Source: Nitrospirota bacterium
GTDB lineage: Bacteria > Nitrospirota > UBA9217
NCBI GenBank assembly: GCA_963818475.1
Contig: CAWFSF010000006.1
Span: 320,001-384,000 of the forward strand
DNA length: 64,000 nucleotides
Direction of reading: 5' to 3'
Shown here: piece after piece, positions 21,967-31,113 of the stretch
Numbering within the stretch: position 1 is the first letter of the stretch
How the letters are laid out: the number at the start of each line of letters is the position of its first letter
The notes under the pieces: generated by a model
Databases searched by the model: none
Told to the model about the DNA's origin: nothing
Seen by the model: only the letters and a program-made list of their open reading frames with translations
Position numbers and translations under genes: made by a program

Positions 21967-23653
21967 GAGTGGTTGCGCCGGCCAGGACCTTGGCAACAGC
22001 CGACTGGCGCAGGGTGGTCATGCCTTCGGAGATCGCGACCTTTCTGAGCTCCGAAGACGGCCGCTTTTCGAGGATCATCTCCCTGACATGGTCGGAGAGG
22101 TCAAGGAACTCGTGAATGGCCTTCCTGCCGCGGAACCCGGTAAAGTTGCATTCCTTGCACCCCGGGGCATCGTAGAACACATGGTCATGGTACTGCTCTG
22201 CGTCCATGGCGGAATCGGTGAGATCCTTGCGCGAAATCGTGACGGGTTTCTTACAGTGCACGCAGAGGATGCGCACGAGCCGCTGTGCCAGGATGCAGTT
22301 AAGCGACGATACGAAGTTGTAGGGCTCGATGCCCATGTTCAGAAAGCGGCCGAGCACGTCGAAGGCATTGTTGGCATGCACCGTGGTAAAGACCAGGTGC
22401 CCCGTAAGCGCGGACTGGACCGCGATCTGGCCGGTTTCGGCGTCGCGGATCTCGCCGACCATGATCTTGTCCGGGTCGTGCCGCAGGATGGAGCGGAGGC
22501 CGCGCGCGAAGGTGAGGCCCTTTTTCTCGTTCACCGGTATCTGCGTCACGCCCCTGAGCTGGTATTCAACGGGGTCCTCGATGGTGATGAACTTGTCCTC
22601 GCCGGTGTTGATCTCGGTCAAAGCCGCGTAGAGCGTCGTGGTCTTGCCGCTGCCCGTGGGTCCGGTGACCAGCACCATGCCGTAGGGTTCGCGAATGCTT
22701 TTGCGGAAACGGCGCAGGTCGTTCTCGTCGAATCCGACACTGTCGAGGCTGAGGGTATTGACGCCGGCGGTGATCGATTCCTTGTCCAGGATGCGGATGA
22801 CCACATCCTCGCCGAATGCGCTCGGCAGGATGGAGACGCGGAAGTCGATGGTCTTGCCGCCGGTCCGGATCTTGAACCTGCCGTCCTGGGGCACGCGGCG
22901 CTCGGCGATGTCGAGGTCGCTCATGACCTTGAGGCGCGACACGATGGCGCTGTGAAACTTGATGTCGATCGGTTCGGTGGCAAGGTAGAGCACGCCGTCG
23001 ATGCGGTACTTGATCAACACGTTCTTGTCGGTCGATTCGATATGGATGTCGCTGGCGCGCCGCTGGATAGCATCGAAGATCGTGGTGTGCATGAGCTTGA
23101 CGATGGGGCTTTCGTCCTTGTCGATGCTCTCCAGGGACAGGACCTCCTCGCCGTTCTCCTGCTCCTTGACGATATTGAGCTTAAAGTCCTCCGAAACGTT
23201 GTGGAGCACCCGCTCGGAGGTGCCGCTCCGCTTGACCACCGCCATGATGGACGAGGTGGTGCTGACGCAGACGTCCACCGGCCGGTCAAGGATCATCTCG
23301 AGCTCATCGATTGCCGGGATGTTGTTCGGGTCGGTCATGGCCACGACGATGCCGCCGCCGTCCGTCTCCTCGACGGGCACGAACTGGTAGCGCTGCATGA
23401 GCTCCACCGGGATCTGTTCGAAGAACGCGGGGTTGATACGGAACTCCGCGAGGTCGAGGTAGCGCAAATCGCGCTGCTCGGCAAGCGCCTGGGCCAGCAC
23501 CTCCTCGGAGATGATCCCGTCGGCGGCTAACAGCTCGCCGATGCGCTTTCCCCGGCTCGCGGGCCGCGCCAGGAGCTCGCTGATCTGCTCCTGCGTGGTG
23601 AGCCCCTTGGATACGATGATCTCGCCGAGCCTTTTTCTTCTAAAGGATGTCAT
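21932..23653 (-). CDS. pilB: GspE/PilB family secretion ATPase
   Basis: MshEN-like RLGEII, GPTGSGKTT, TIEDPVE, LRHDPD..GEIRD, CxxC pairs. Confidence 0.9.
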   Translation of the reverse strand: MTSFRRKRLGEIIVSKGLTTQEQISELLARPASRGKRIGELLAADGIISEEVLAQALAEQRDLRYLDLAEFRINPAFFEQIPVELMQRYQFVPVEETDGGGIVVAMTDPNNIPAIDELEMILDRPVDVCVSTTSSIMAVVKRSGTSERVLHNVSEDFKLNIVKEQENGEEVLSLESIDKDESPIVKLMHTTIFDAIQRRASDIHIESTDKNVLIKYRIDGVLYLATEPIDIKFHSAIVSRLKVMSDLDIAERRVPQDGRFKIRTGGKTIDFRVSILPSAFGEDVVIRILDKESITAGVNTLSLDSVGFDENDLRRFRKSIREPYGMVLVTGPTGSGKTTTLYAALTEINTGEDKFITIEDPVEYQLRGVTQIPVNEKKGLTFARGLRSILRHDPDKIMVGEIRDAETGQIAVQSALTGHLVFTTVHANNAFDVLGRFLNMGIEPYNFVSSLNCILAQRLVRILCVHCKKPVTISRKDLTDSAMDAEQYHDHVFYDAPGCKECNFTGFRGRKAIHEFLDLSDHVREMILEKRPSSELRKVAISEGMTTLRQSAVAKVLAGATTLKEINRVTFIE

Positions 23654-24840
23654 TTGAGGCGCGCCCCCATTTCGAATATCGGAAGATATAAAGCGACCAC
23701 GATCACCGCGATGATGATGCCCATGGTGAGCATCAGCACCGGCTCGATCATGGTCGTAAGCATGCCAAGCCGGGTCTCGACCTCCTGGTCGTAGAACTCG
23801 GCCACATCCTCGAGCATCTGCGGCAGGTCGCCTGAAGATTCGCCCACCTCGATCATCCGCACCGTCATGTCAGGCGCGATCTTGGTGCGTTCGAAGGCGC
23901 CTGCAAGGCTCACGCCTTCGGTCACCTGCTGCCGGGCGTCGGTGAGCCGTTTAGCGACCACCGAGTTGGCGATGACGCCGGCCGTGGTATTCAGCGCTTC
24001 GACCAGCGGGATGCCGCCGCGGAGCACCGCTGCCAGGGTGCGCGTGAGCTGCGCCAGAACATACTGGGTCACGAGCGTGCGGACCAGCGGGACCCTGAGC
24101 ACGAAACCGTCGAGCGCTGTCTTGCCTTTGGCGGTCCGCTGCCAGAAGTAGATGCCGAAGCCGGCGGCGATGATGCCGGAGAAAATGAAGGGGGCATAGG
24201 TCGTGAGCACGTCAGTGAACGACACAAGCAGCGTGGTCAGGAAGGGGAGCTCACCGCCTTGTTCTCCGTACATCTGGGTGAAGTTGGGAATGATGTACAG
24301 GAAAAAGAGCAGCAGCACGGCGCCGACGATCACCACCAGGAAGGCCGGGTAGGCGAGCGCCGTGACCAGCTTTCGTTTGATGGCCAGCATCTTTTTCTGG
24401 TACGCGATAAAACGGATGATCACCTCAACGAGGGCTCCGCTTTTTTCCCCGGCGCGGACCGTTGCCGTGTAGAGCGGGGGGAAATAGGCGGGATGGCTCG
24501 TCATGGCGTCCGAAAGCGCCGCGCCCGCCCGGATATCGTGCAGGATGCTGGTGAGCGCGGCATGAAAACCTTGTTTCTCAGTCCGTTTTTGCAGGATCTC
24601 CAGCGACTGCACAATGGGTAGCCCCGCCTTGATGAGCGTGGCAAACTCCTGGTTAAAGATGAGAAAGTCCTTGGCAGAGCCGCGGGTGGTGCCGAGCCCT
24701 AACTTCTTTTCCTGCAAGGAGGTTACGAGGTAGCCGCGCGCCTCGAGGTCCTGTCGCAGCTCCTGGACATCAGCGGCCATCGCCTCGTCAGTGACAGCGG
24801 TTCCGTCTTCTCGCATGGCTTTATACGTATAGAGAGGCAT
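23650..24840 (-). CDS. pilC: GspF/PilC inner membrane platform protein
   Basis: AGEKSG, LAYP, VGESSG, IEP..LYLPIF. Confidence 0.9.
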   Translation of the reverse strand: MPLYTYKAMREDGTAVTDEAMAADVQELRQDLEARGYLVTSLQEKKLGLGTTRGSAKDFLIFNQEFATLIKAGLPIVQSLEILQKRTEKQGFHAALTSILHDIRAGAALSDAMTSHPAYFPPLYTATVRAGEKSGALVEVIIRFIAYQKKMLAIKRKLVTALAYPAFLVVIVGAVLLLFFLYIIPNFTQMYGEQGGELPFLTTLLVSFTDVLTTYAPFIFSGIIAAGFGIYFWQRTAKGKTALDGFVLRVPLVRTLVTQYVLAQLTRTLAAVLRGGIPLVEALNTTAGVIANSVVAKRLTDARQQVTEGVSLAGAFERTKIAPDMTVRMIEVGESSGDLPQMLEDVAEFYDQEVETRLGMLTTMIEPVLMLTMGIIIAVIVVALYLPIFEMGARLK

Positions 24841-24900
24841 TCAAAATAATACCAGATAGGGCTCGTATAAGTCAATAAATGTATTGAGGAAACAGTGCAG

Positions 24901-25953
24901 TCAGCGAAGATTCTTCCAGTACTTCTTTTGAACCGAGATGATCTTGTCGATGACCTGTTCTGCTGCGGGTGTTGAATGGACCTTTGCCTGCAGGGGTTCG
25001 GACCCCAGCATTGCCAGAATAACGGCCCGGACCCCGTCGCGCAGGCCTTGGGGGTTGTATCCGCCTTCAAGCGCAAGCAGGACCCTGCCGTTGCAGGTCT
25101 TGTCTGCTATGTCCTTGACAAGCCCTGCCAGGGCGCCGAAGCCTTCGGCAGTCACCTGCATTCCGCCGAGTGGATCTGCAAAATAGGGATCGAACCCGGC
25201 AGATACGAGGACGAACTCGGGCCGGTATTCGAGTGCGATGGGTTTGAGAATGCGTTCGTACACGGAAAGATACTCCTCGTTTCCGAAGCCCGTGGGGAAG
25301 GGTGCGTTCACGGTGAATCCCTCGCCGCTGCCGCTGCCGACCTGGTCGAAATTGCCTGAGCCGGGATAATGGGGGTACTGGTGGGAGGAAAAGTAGAGCA
25401 CAGACCGGTCATCGTAAAATGCGTGCTGGGTGCCGTTCCCGTGGTGAAGGTCCCAGTCCACGATAAGGATCCGTTTCAGCCCGTACTTCTCTTTTGCATA
25501 GGCTGCTGCGATTGCGACATTGTTAAAAAGACAGAAGCCCATGCTATGCCCGGGCTCGGCATGGTGGCCTGGGGGACGGACGAAAGCAAAAACAGGGTTC
25601 AGGGTCCGGGGTCCAGGGTTCAGGAGGGAATCCACTGCCTGGAGCAGGCCGCCTGCGGCCAGGCGGGCGATCTCGTAGGACCGAGCGGACAGTCCGGTGT
25701 CGGCGTCGAGCTGGGTATGGGCCTTTCCTGCTGTGTTCGCCACGGTTTGGATATAGAACGGGTCGTGAATGAGGGCCAGCTCGCTTTCTGTTGCGAGACG
25801 CGGTGCGATCTTCGGGAGGCTGGCAAATTCCCTGTCAAGGAGGTCGTGGATGACTCGCAGCCTATCTGGACTTTCGGGATGGCCGTCGCCGGGGTTGTGC
25901 TCCAGATACCGGTCGTCTCGGATGATCGCAAGGGAGGACATTGCTTGCTTCAC
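24901..25953 (-). CDS. Histone deacetylase family (AcuC-like) protein
   Basis: HPESPDR, RPPGHHA, GFCLFNN, DWDLHHGNGTQ, SAGFD, LEGGY. Confidence 0.93.
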   Translation of the reverse strand: MKQAMSSLAIIRDDRYLEHNPGDGHPESPDRLRVIHDLLDREFASLPKIAPRLATESELALIHDPFYIQTVANTAGKAHTQLDADTGLSARSYEIARLAAGGLLQAVDSLLNPGPRTLNPVFAFVRPPGHHAEPGHSMGFCLFNNVAIAAAYAKEKYGLKRILIVDWDLHHGNGTQHAFYDDRSVLYFSSHQYPHYPGSGNFDQVGSGSGEGFTVNAPFPTGFGNEEYLSVYERILKPIALEYRPEFVLVSAGFDPYFADPLGGMQVTAEGFGALAGLVKDIADKTCNGRVLLALEGGYNPQGLRDGVRAVILAMLGSEPLQAKVHSTPAAEQVIDKIISVQKKYWKNLR

Positions 25954-26284
25954 CTTTCTCTTGATGCGGGGAGATTCTTACCTATAAACCGGAAGCTAGC
26001 CACATAAAGCACATAAGTCACATAGACAAAACAAAAAGTTAACTACTCAGGTCAATATATTATCCGCAGATTACGCAGATTTCTCAGGTGTAATGCCATT
26101 CAGGACTCAGATGTTCTGAGTAGCTACTGAGTAGCTACATTCTTTGTGAATTCTGTGCATTTTGTGGCTCAACTGTTATCTGCCGCACTCTGGCAATAAA
26201 AGAAAAACCCTTCAGTGCATCCGTAGTGACATGCAGAAGGGTTTTAAGGGCACGCTTGCATTTATCTTAAGGCGCGTGAGAGTC

Positions 26285-26839
26285 CTATTTCTGTTCCCCC
26301 GGCCGCGCGATCGGATGCGGCGCTACTTCCTTGTAGTTTTTCACGCCCAGCGACTCAAGCCATTTCTGCATGGCCGGCGAGCTGGGGCACTTGGCCGGCA
26401 TCTTGGCGTCGGGAGCGCAGACGGCAAGGATCGTTTTGACCAGGTCCAGAGCGCTGAACTCCAGGATGTCCTGAATGTTCTTCGGTGTGGCATTGTCGAT
26501 CATCAGGATGTTCTCGCGGTACCAGCCGTCGCCCCGGGGGGTCATCGGTCCGCAGGGGATATGCTCGACATTCTTCGGGAGCGCCCCCTTTTTCAGCGCG
26601 AAATTGGAAACATCGGCGCGCAGCTGCTGGAGGCCTTTAAAGGCGGGGTTCGAGCAGATGCCGGCCTTGCCCCAGCAAATGGGGTCGAACTTGGAGATCT
26701 TGATCCCGCAGCAGTACAGGTATGCCTGGGCGCCCAGTTCAGGCGCCTGGCGGATGACGATGTAAAAATAATCGTTTTTATATTCATACGAGCGTATTGC
26801 ATTTTGAGTGCTCAATGGAGGCTCCGTTTCCCCGGTCAA
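26285..26839 (-). CDS. Hypothetical protein
   Basis: 184-aa ORF with host-like codon usage, followed by hairpin at 26204-26245. Confidence 0.6.
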   Translation of the reverse strand: MTGETEPPLSTQNAIRSYEYKNDYFYIVIRQAPELGAQAYLYCCGIKISKFDPICWGKAGICSNPAFKGLQQLRADVSNFALKKGALPKNVEHIPCGPMTPRGDGWYRENILMIDNATPKNIQDILEFSALDLVKTILAVCAPDAKMPAKCPSSPAMQKWLESLGVKNYKEVAPHPIARPGEQK

Positions 26840-26919
26840 GGAATGGCATCACGCTGGTCAATGAACGTCCGGTGAACGATCGTCGCTCACGGCGGTCCCT
26901 TCACATGCCCGAGGTTCTT

Positions 26920-27258
26920 TTACCTGGTCTTGCTTTTTGTCTTTGCCTTGGTCTTGGAAACAGGGGCTTTTTTCTTCGGAGCCGGTTTTGCTTTTGCTTT
27001 CGCTTTCGCCTGCAGCTGCAGGACCTGTTTTTTCAGCGCATCGATCTCCACGTTCTGGTCCTTTAGCATCTGCTCGAGCTTGGCATTGTCCTGCTTTACT
27101 GTTTCGAGTTCAACGTTTTTCGCGTTCAGCTCGTTGCGCGCCTTGTTCGCATAGCCGAAGCTTACGATCAGCAGGACCACCACCAGGGCGGCCACTGCCA
27201 GGAAAATGAGCTTTGCTTTCTGTGCATCGTCCTTTTCGTTCCGTTCCGTTCTCTCCAT
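26920..27258 (-). CDS. Membrane-anchored coiled-coil protein with Lys-rich tail
   Basis: One TM segment, coiled coil, AKAKAKPAPKKK tail; GGAGGG RBS. Confidence 0.7.
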   Translation of the reverse strand: MERTERNEKDDAQKAKLIFLAVAALVVVLLIVSFGYANKARNELNAKNVELETVKQDNAKLEQMLKDQNVEIDALKKQVLQLQAKAKAKAKPAPKKKAPVSKTKAKTKSKTR

Positions 27259-27299
27259 GCGTTATTTCTACCCTCCCTCTCTGTCATGAAAAAGCTATG

Positions 27300-27810
27300 T
27301 TAGTGGTATCGTTTGACCTCGAACCTGAACAGTTTGACCGGGGTGCCCGGCGCGATGCCCGCCTTTTGCATGGCAATGCTGATCTGCTGTTCCGCCGTAT
27401 CCACGCCTTCGAGGTCGGGCAGCAGCAGACCGCGCCTTCCGCCGGCCTGCACGATCACGCCGTAGCGTTTCGGATCGAGCATGCTTTTGTCCTCGATCGC
27501 TTCGGGCGGCGACAGCACGTCCACGCTATACTCAAGGGCATCCAGCTCATGGTCGCGTAATGCAGGGAAAGCGCGGATCGCAGGTCGCGGCACTGATCGC
27601 GTTCCGTACGATCTCGTGGGCCACATCGGGCTCTGCGGGCTGAAAGGTGCCGATGCAGCCCCTGAGCATGCCTTTTGATTTGAGGCAGACGAACACGCCT
27701 GCCTGCTGAGTGAACTCGGCGGGAAGGTCGTGCTCCGGGATGGTGAGGATGCTCCCGTTCCGGATGTAGAGCTCAACCGCTTCTTTCGCCAGCGCTACGA
27801 GAGGGTGCAT
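27300..27810 (-). CDS. AMMECR1-domain protein (AmmeMemoRadiSam protein A), frameshift near 27585
   Basis: GVFVCL..LRGCIGT, DPRF, YSVDVLS, GLLLPDL. Confidence 0.88.
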
Positions 27811-28796
27811 TACATCTCCCGTTGTACCACGTAATCTGCCAGGGCCAGAAGCGCCTGGCGCGGCGACGAATCCGGGAAGATGGTCAGGGCCGCTTTCGCC
27901 CCGTCGGAAAAGGACTGCGCCACGGCGAGCGCTTCATTGACCGTATCGTATTTTTCCATGATGCCGATGGTATAGCTGAGGTCCTCGTCGGTCATGGCCT
28001 CTGCCTGCAGGATCTGGTCGAGCCGGCCTTTTTCTTCGGGAGTGGCCTTGCGGATGGCATAGATGAGCGGAAGCGTGACCTTGCCCTCGGCCAGGTCCTT
28101 GCCGAGCACCTTGCCGAGCTGCTTCTGGTCCGCTGCATAATCGAGGGTGTCGTCGGTGATCTGGAACGCATAGCCCAGCTTTTTCCCGTAGGCCGTGAGC
28201 GCGTCTTCCTGCGAAAGGGGGGCCTTGCCGATGATGGCGCCGAGCCGGCAGGATGCGGAAATGAGCACGCCGGTCTTGCACTCGACGAGGCGATAGTAGT
28301 CGGCCTCGGTGATGTCGATGTTCTGGATCTGCATGAGCTGCAGGACCTCGCCTTCGGACATGGTCGTGGTGGTCTCGGAGAGAACGTCCATGACCCGCTG
28401 GTTCTGGAGGCGGACCCCGTGGTAGAGGGCTTTCGAGTACAGGTAGTCGCCCACGAGGATGCTGGCCTGGTTGCCCCAGAGGGAGTTTGCCGAGGATTTG
28501 CCGCGCCGGACCTTGGCTTCGTCGATCACGTCGTCGTGCAGGAGCGATGCCGTGTGGATGAACTCGACGACGCCGCCCAGGGTATATTCGGCGTTGTGGT
28601 CCCGGCATCCGCAGAGCCGCGCCGAGAGCAGGTGCAGCAGGGGCCGGAACCGCTTGCCGCCCGCGCCGAGGATGTATTTGCTCACCTGCCGGATAAGCTC
28701 GACGTCGGTCCCCAGGCTCTCATGGATGCGGTGCTCCATGCGCTCCATGTCGGACTTGAATTCTTTTAAGACGTCTTGAATGGTCGTTATCATCAC
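27810..28796 (-). CDS. ispB: Polyprenyl diphosphate synthase
   Basis: GGKRFRP, LHDDVID..RRG, FQITDD, GKDLAEGK. Confidence 0.92.
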   Translation of the reverse strand: MMITTIQDVLKEFKSDMERMEHRIHESLGTDVELIRQVSKYILGAGGKRFRPLLHLLSARLCGCRDHNAEYTLGGVVEFIHTASLLHDDVIDEAKVRRGKSSANSLWGNQASILVGDYLYSKALYHGVRLQNQRVMDVLSETTTTMSEGEVLQLMQIQNIDITEADYYRLVECKTGVLISASCRLGAIIGKAPLSQEDALTAYGKKLGYAFQITDDTLDYAADQKQLGKVLGKDLAEGKVTLPLIYAIRKATPEEKGRLDQILQAEAMTDEDLSYTIGIMEKYDTVNEALAVAQSFSDGAKAALTIFPDSSPRQALLALADYVVQREM

Positions 28797-28824
28797 GTTG
28801 TCTCAGGGGAGATGCTTTAAAAGA

Positions 28825-28853
28825 ATAATAGGTGAGAGGCCCTGTATTGTCAA
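28825..28853 (-). promoter_or_regulatory. Sigma70 promoter of ispB
   Basis: TTGACA-17-TATTAT. Confidence 0.7.
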
Positions 28854-28985
28854 GGATTTTTGTAGCAGGGAGGGTACGGCACGTGCGTTAGGTGCGGGAA
28901 AAAGGCGCATGCATTGGACCGGAATACCCGCTCAAGTATCGGGGTCCCCCGGTAGGCTCGCTCAATCTGTTGAACCACTGATGTG

Positions 28986-29540
28986 CTATACCGGTTGTCC
29001 ATTCCGGTTCTTTGGAAGCCGGCGCTCAATGCTCTGCAGCAAGGCCAGGACATCAGCGGGAGAGATGGTGTCGCCGATGCACTCGACGCCGGAGAGGGGA
29101 TTGAAGCTTCCTTTGAGCTTATCGTCTATCACGAACCTGCCCCATGCGGCCCTGCGCCTGGGTTCGTCTTTTTTGAAGTAGAAATAATTTCCGTGAGCCG
29201 CTGCGTTGCGAAGGTGACGAAAGACCTCGAATTCCGGCGATTGATCGTTATGAGCGTCGGCGACGGTGTAGGAAGTGCAAAGAAGCATGCAGCAAAGCGA
29301 TTTTATCACTGAATCTGCCGTAAGGTCTCCGGACACAGACAAAGCATGGATCTGCCCCATGTCTATGGCCAGGTCGGGCCGCACCTTGCCGAGATGCCAG
29401 GCAATCTGGTCGGGGCCAGGGGCAAGAGGATCCTCCTTTTCGAAAACGGTGGCTATTCCCGCGGTTGCTGCCAGGAATGTCGTGACCATTTCGTAGAACG
29501 GGCTGTCTTGCGTAAAGATGATAGTGCGTGGATTACTCAT
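28986..29540 (-). CDS. Hypothetical protein with HEPN-like RNAAAH motif
   Basis: 184-aa ORF containing RHLRNAAAHG (Rx4H). Confidence 0.6.
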   Translation of the reverse strand: MSNPRTIIFTQDSPFYEMVTTFLAATAGIATVFEKEDPLAPGPDQIAWHLGKVRPDLAIDMGQIHALSVSGDLTADSVIKSLCCMLLCTSYTVADAHNDQSPEFEVFRHLRNAAAHGNYFYFKKDEPRRRAAWGRFVIDDKLKGSFNPLSGVECIGDTISPADVLALLQSIERRLPKNRNGQPV

Positions 29541-29615
29541 TGCGCTCGCTCCGATTCCCGATGATTCAAGCTGCAGTTATTAGATGAACACGCGCCTGAC
29601 GCGCCGCCTTCGGGC

Positions 29616-29909
29616 GACTGCTGCCTTCCGTTCGTTCCAGACGTCGCCTTTCCCTCCGCTGCTTTGAAGGTTATCCTATTGTCCACAACTATACATATTT
29701 CGGGATTCAATAACACGGCCTGCAAACTCGCTCCGCCCGGCTTCGTACCTTCCCTCACGGAAACGCACGCGGGCTTCGCTACCGACCTGCCAGCTGGGCT
29801 TTAGTCGGGTGGGACTTGAGCAACGACACTCTCGCCCACTGGACAATAATGACAAATTTCATCACGCCTACGGCGTGATTCCCGATATCTCGGGCTTATC
29901 TTGACGCAA
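29616..29909 (-). mobile_element. 5' remnant (domain I region) of a group II intron, no RT
   Basis: Begins TTGCGTCAAGATAAGCCCGAG; contains CTCAAGTCCCACCCGACTAAAGCCCAGCTGGCAGGTCGGTAGCGAAG and GCAGGCCGTG..CCCGAAAT; recognised from memory as group II intron 5' sequence, not verified. Confidence 0.6.
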
Positions 29910-29964
29910 GGAACGACTTGTTACCTTTTTTATCTAATTATTTCGATCATATGAAAGGTTAACT

Positions 29965-30228
29965 TTATCTAAGTTTGGATGATCGATTTTTTTGTCGTGA
30001 ATATTCGCGCAAAATCATAAACATAATTATGCCCACGATAAATGCTAGTATCAGAGAGACGGATAAAAGCGGAATACTAGGAAGTTCATCGCCATTATGA
30101 ATTGGGGTGTCTGCCAAACAGAGAAGGATTATAGGAAAAGAACCAGCAATAGCTGCAATCGCGATAAATAAATGTAAAGCATAACGGAAACAAATTTGCA
30201 CTGGTGTCTGCTTGCTTCCTTTTTTCAT
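29965..30228 (-). CDS. Small two-TM protein, integron cassette gene
   Basis: AT-rich ORF starting just after attC R' GTTATCG. Confidence 0.6.
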   Translation of the reverse strand: MKKGSKQTPVQICFRYALHLFIAIAAIAGSFPIILLCLADTPIHNGDELPSIPLLSVSLILAFIVGIIMFMILREYSRQKNRSSKLR

Positions 30229-30238
30229 GTATTAACTC

Positions 30239-30298
30239 CGATAACGCGCGGGTGAGGAGCGTGCATTCCGCGACTCACTCGACCCGCTGGTTGTATCG
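30239..30298 (-). mobile_element. Integron attC site
   Basis: Minus strand CGATACAAC-cagcgggtcgagtgagtcgcg..gctcctcacccgcgc-GTTATCG; R'' exactly complements cassette start GTTGTATCG at 30807-30799. Confidence 0.8.
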
Positions 30299-30320
30299 TT
30301 ACTTGTTCGTTTTTATCGCC

Positions 30321-30785
30321 TTAGTCCTGTATTCCGGTCAATTCGCGCAGCTTCATCACAATGGGATGTTCACTCCATATGTTGAATGTCGCTTTAAATT
30401 TCACTTTTGGAATAAATGTAATTCTTTCTCCAAAGTCGCTCGAAGGATAAATAGTGACAGTAATTGTCTTTGGCCTCATTAACCTCGACTCGCTAATATG
30501 TTTAATATTCAACAAAGGAACTCTAATTATTTTTGCGAAATTCTTGATAACCAAAACATCTTTATCAACAGATACGGTTCTTAAACGAAACGTATCGATC
30601 AACAAGAACAAGGAGCCTGCTATCCAAGCAACTAAGAAAATCAATCTCGGATCATCTGAGGATTGTGGTTGGTTGAATGTACCAAGCCACATCGCAATTG
30701 TGCCTGCTCCGAATCCTGTAATCCACAGGAAAGGGAATAGCACTTTATAATAAAACGTCATTGAGGAAGATAATTTCTCGTCCAT
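30321..30785 (-). CDS. Membrane protein, integron cassette gene
   Basis: AT-rich promoterless ORF bounded by GTTGTATCG and attC. Confidence 0.72.
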   Translation of the reverse strand: MDEKLSSSMTFYYKVLFPFLWITGFGAGTIAMWLGTFNQPQSSDDPRLIFLVAWIAGSLFLLIDTFRLRTVSVDKDVLVIKNFAKIIRVPLLNIKHISESRLMRPKTITVTIYPSSDFGERITFIPKVKFKATFNIWSEHPIVMKLRELTGIQD

Positions 30786-31113
30786 ATTTGTTTTGTCCCG
30801 ATACAACAAGTGATTGATGGGACGGAAGTTGTTATCTACATATATATAAAAGTATATGCCAGTATATAAAACCATATACCTGTATATAACAGACTTCCAT
30901 ATATAGGTATATATCTTTTCAGGTTAGCAAGCCTCTATGATTCATCTATATGTATATGCTTTTCCGGCATATGTTGCAAGAATATATTCCTGATTCATGG
31001 CGAGGTTGAATGAGTTGAATGAATATATTATGGGCATGTCGAGAATACAGTCTGTAGCTTAAAAGTGTCTCAAAGAAGTGCATCTAGGGCGATTCAGAAA
31101 TTACACAGCGCTT

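Noticed and set aside
22088-23530. Long antisense ORFs (also 41252-42595, 49263-50333, 27822-28769, 57030-58094)
   Set aside because: Shadows of GC-rich codon bias opposite well-identified genes; no motifs or RBS
30900-31110. Integron integrase gene
   Set aside because: No ORF or tyrosine recombinase motif in this short AT-rich gap
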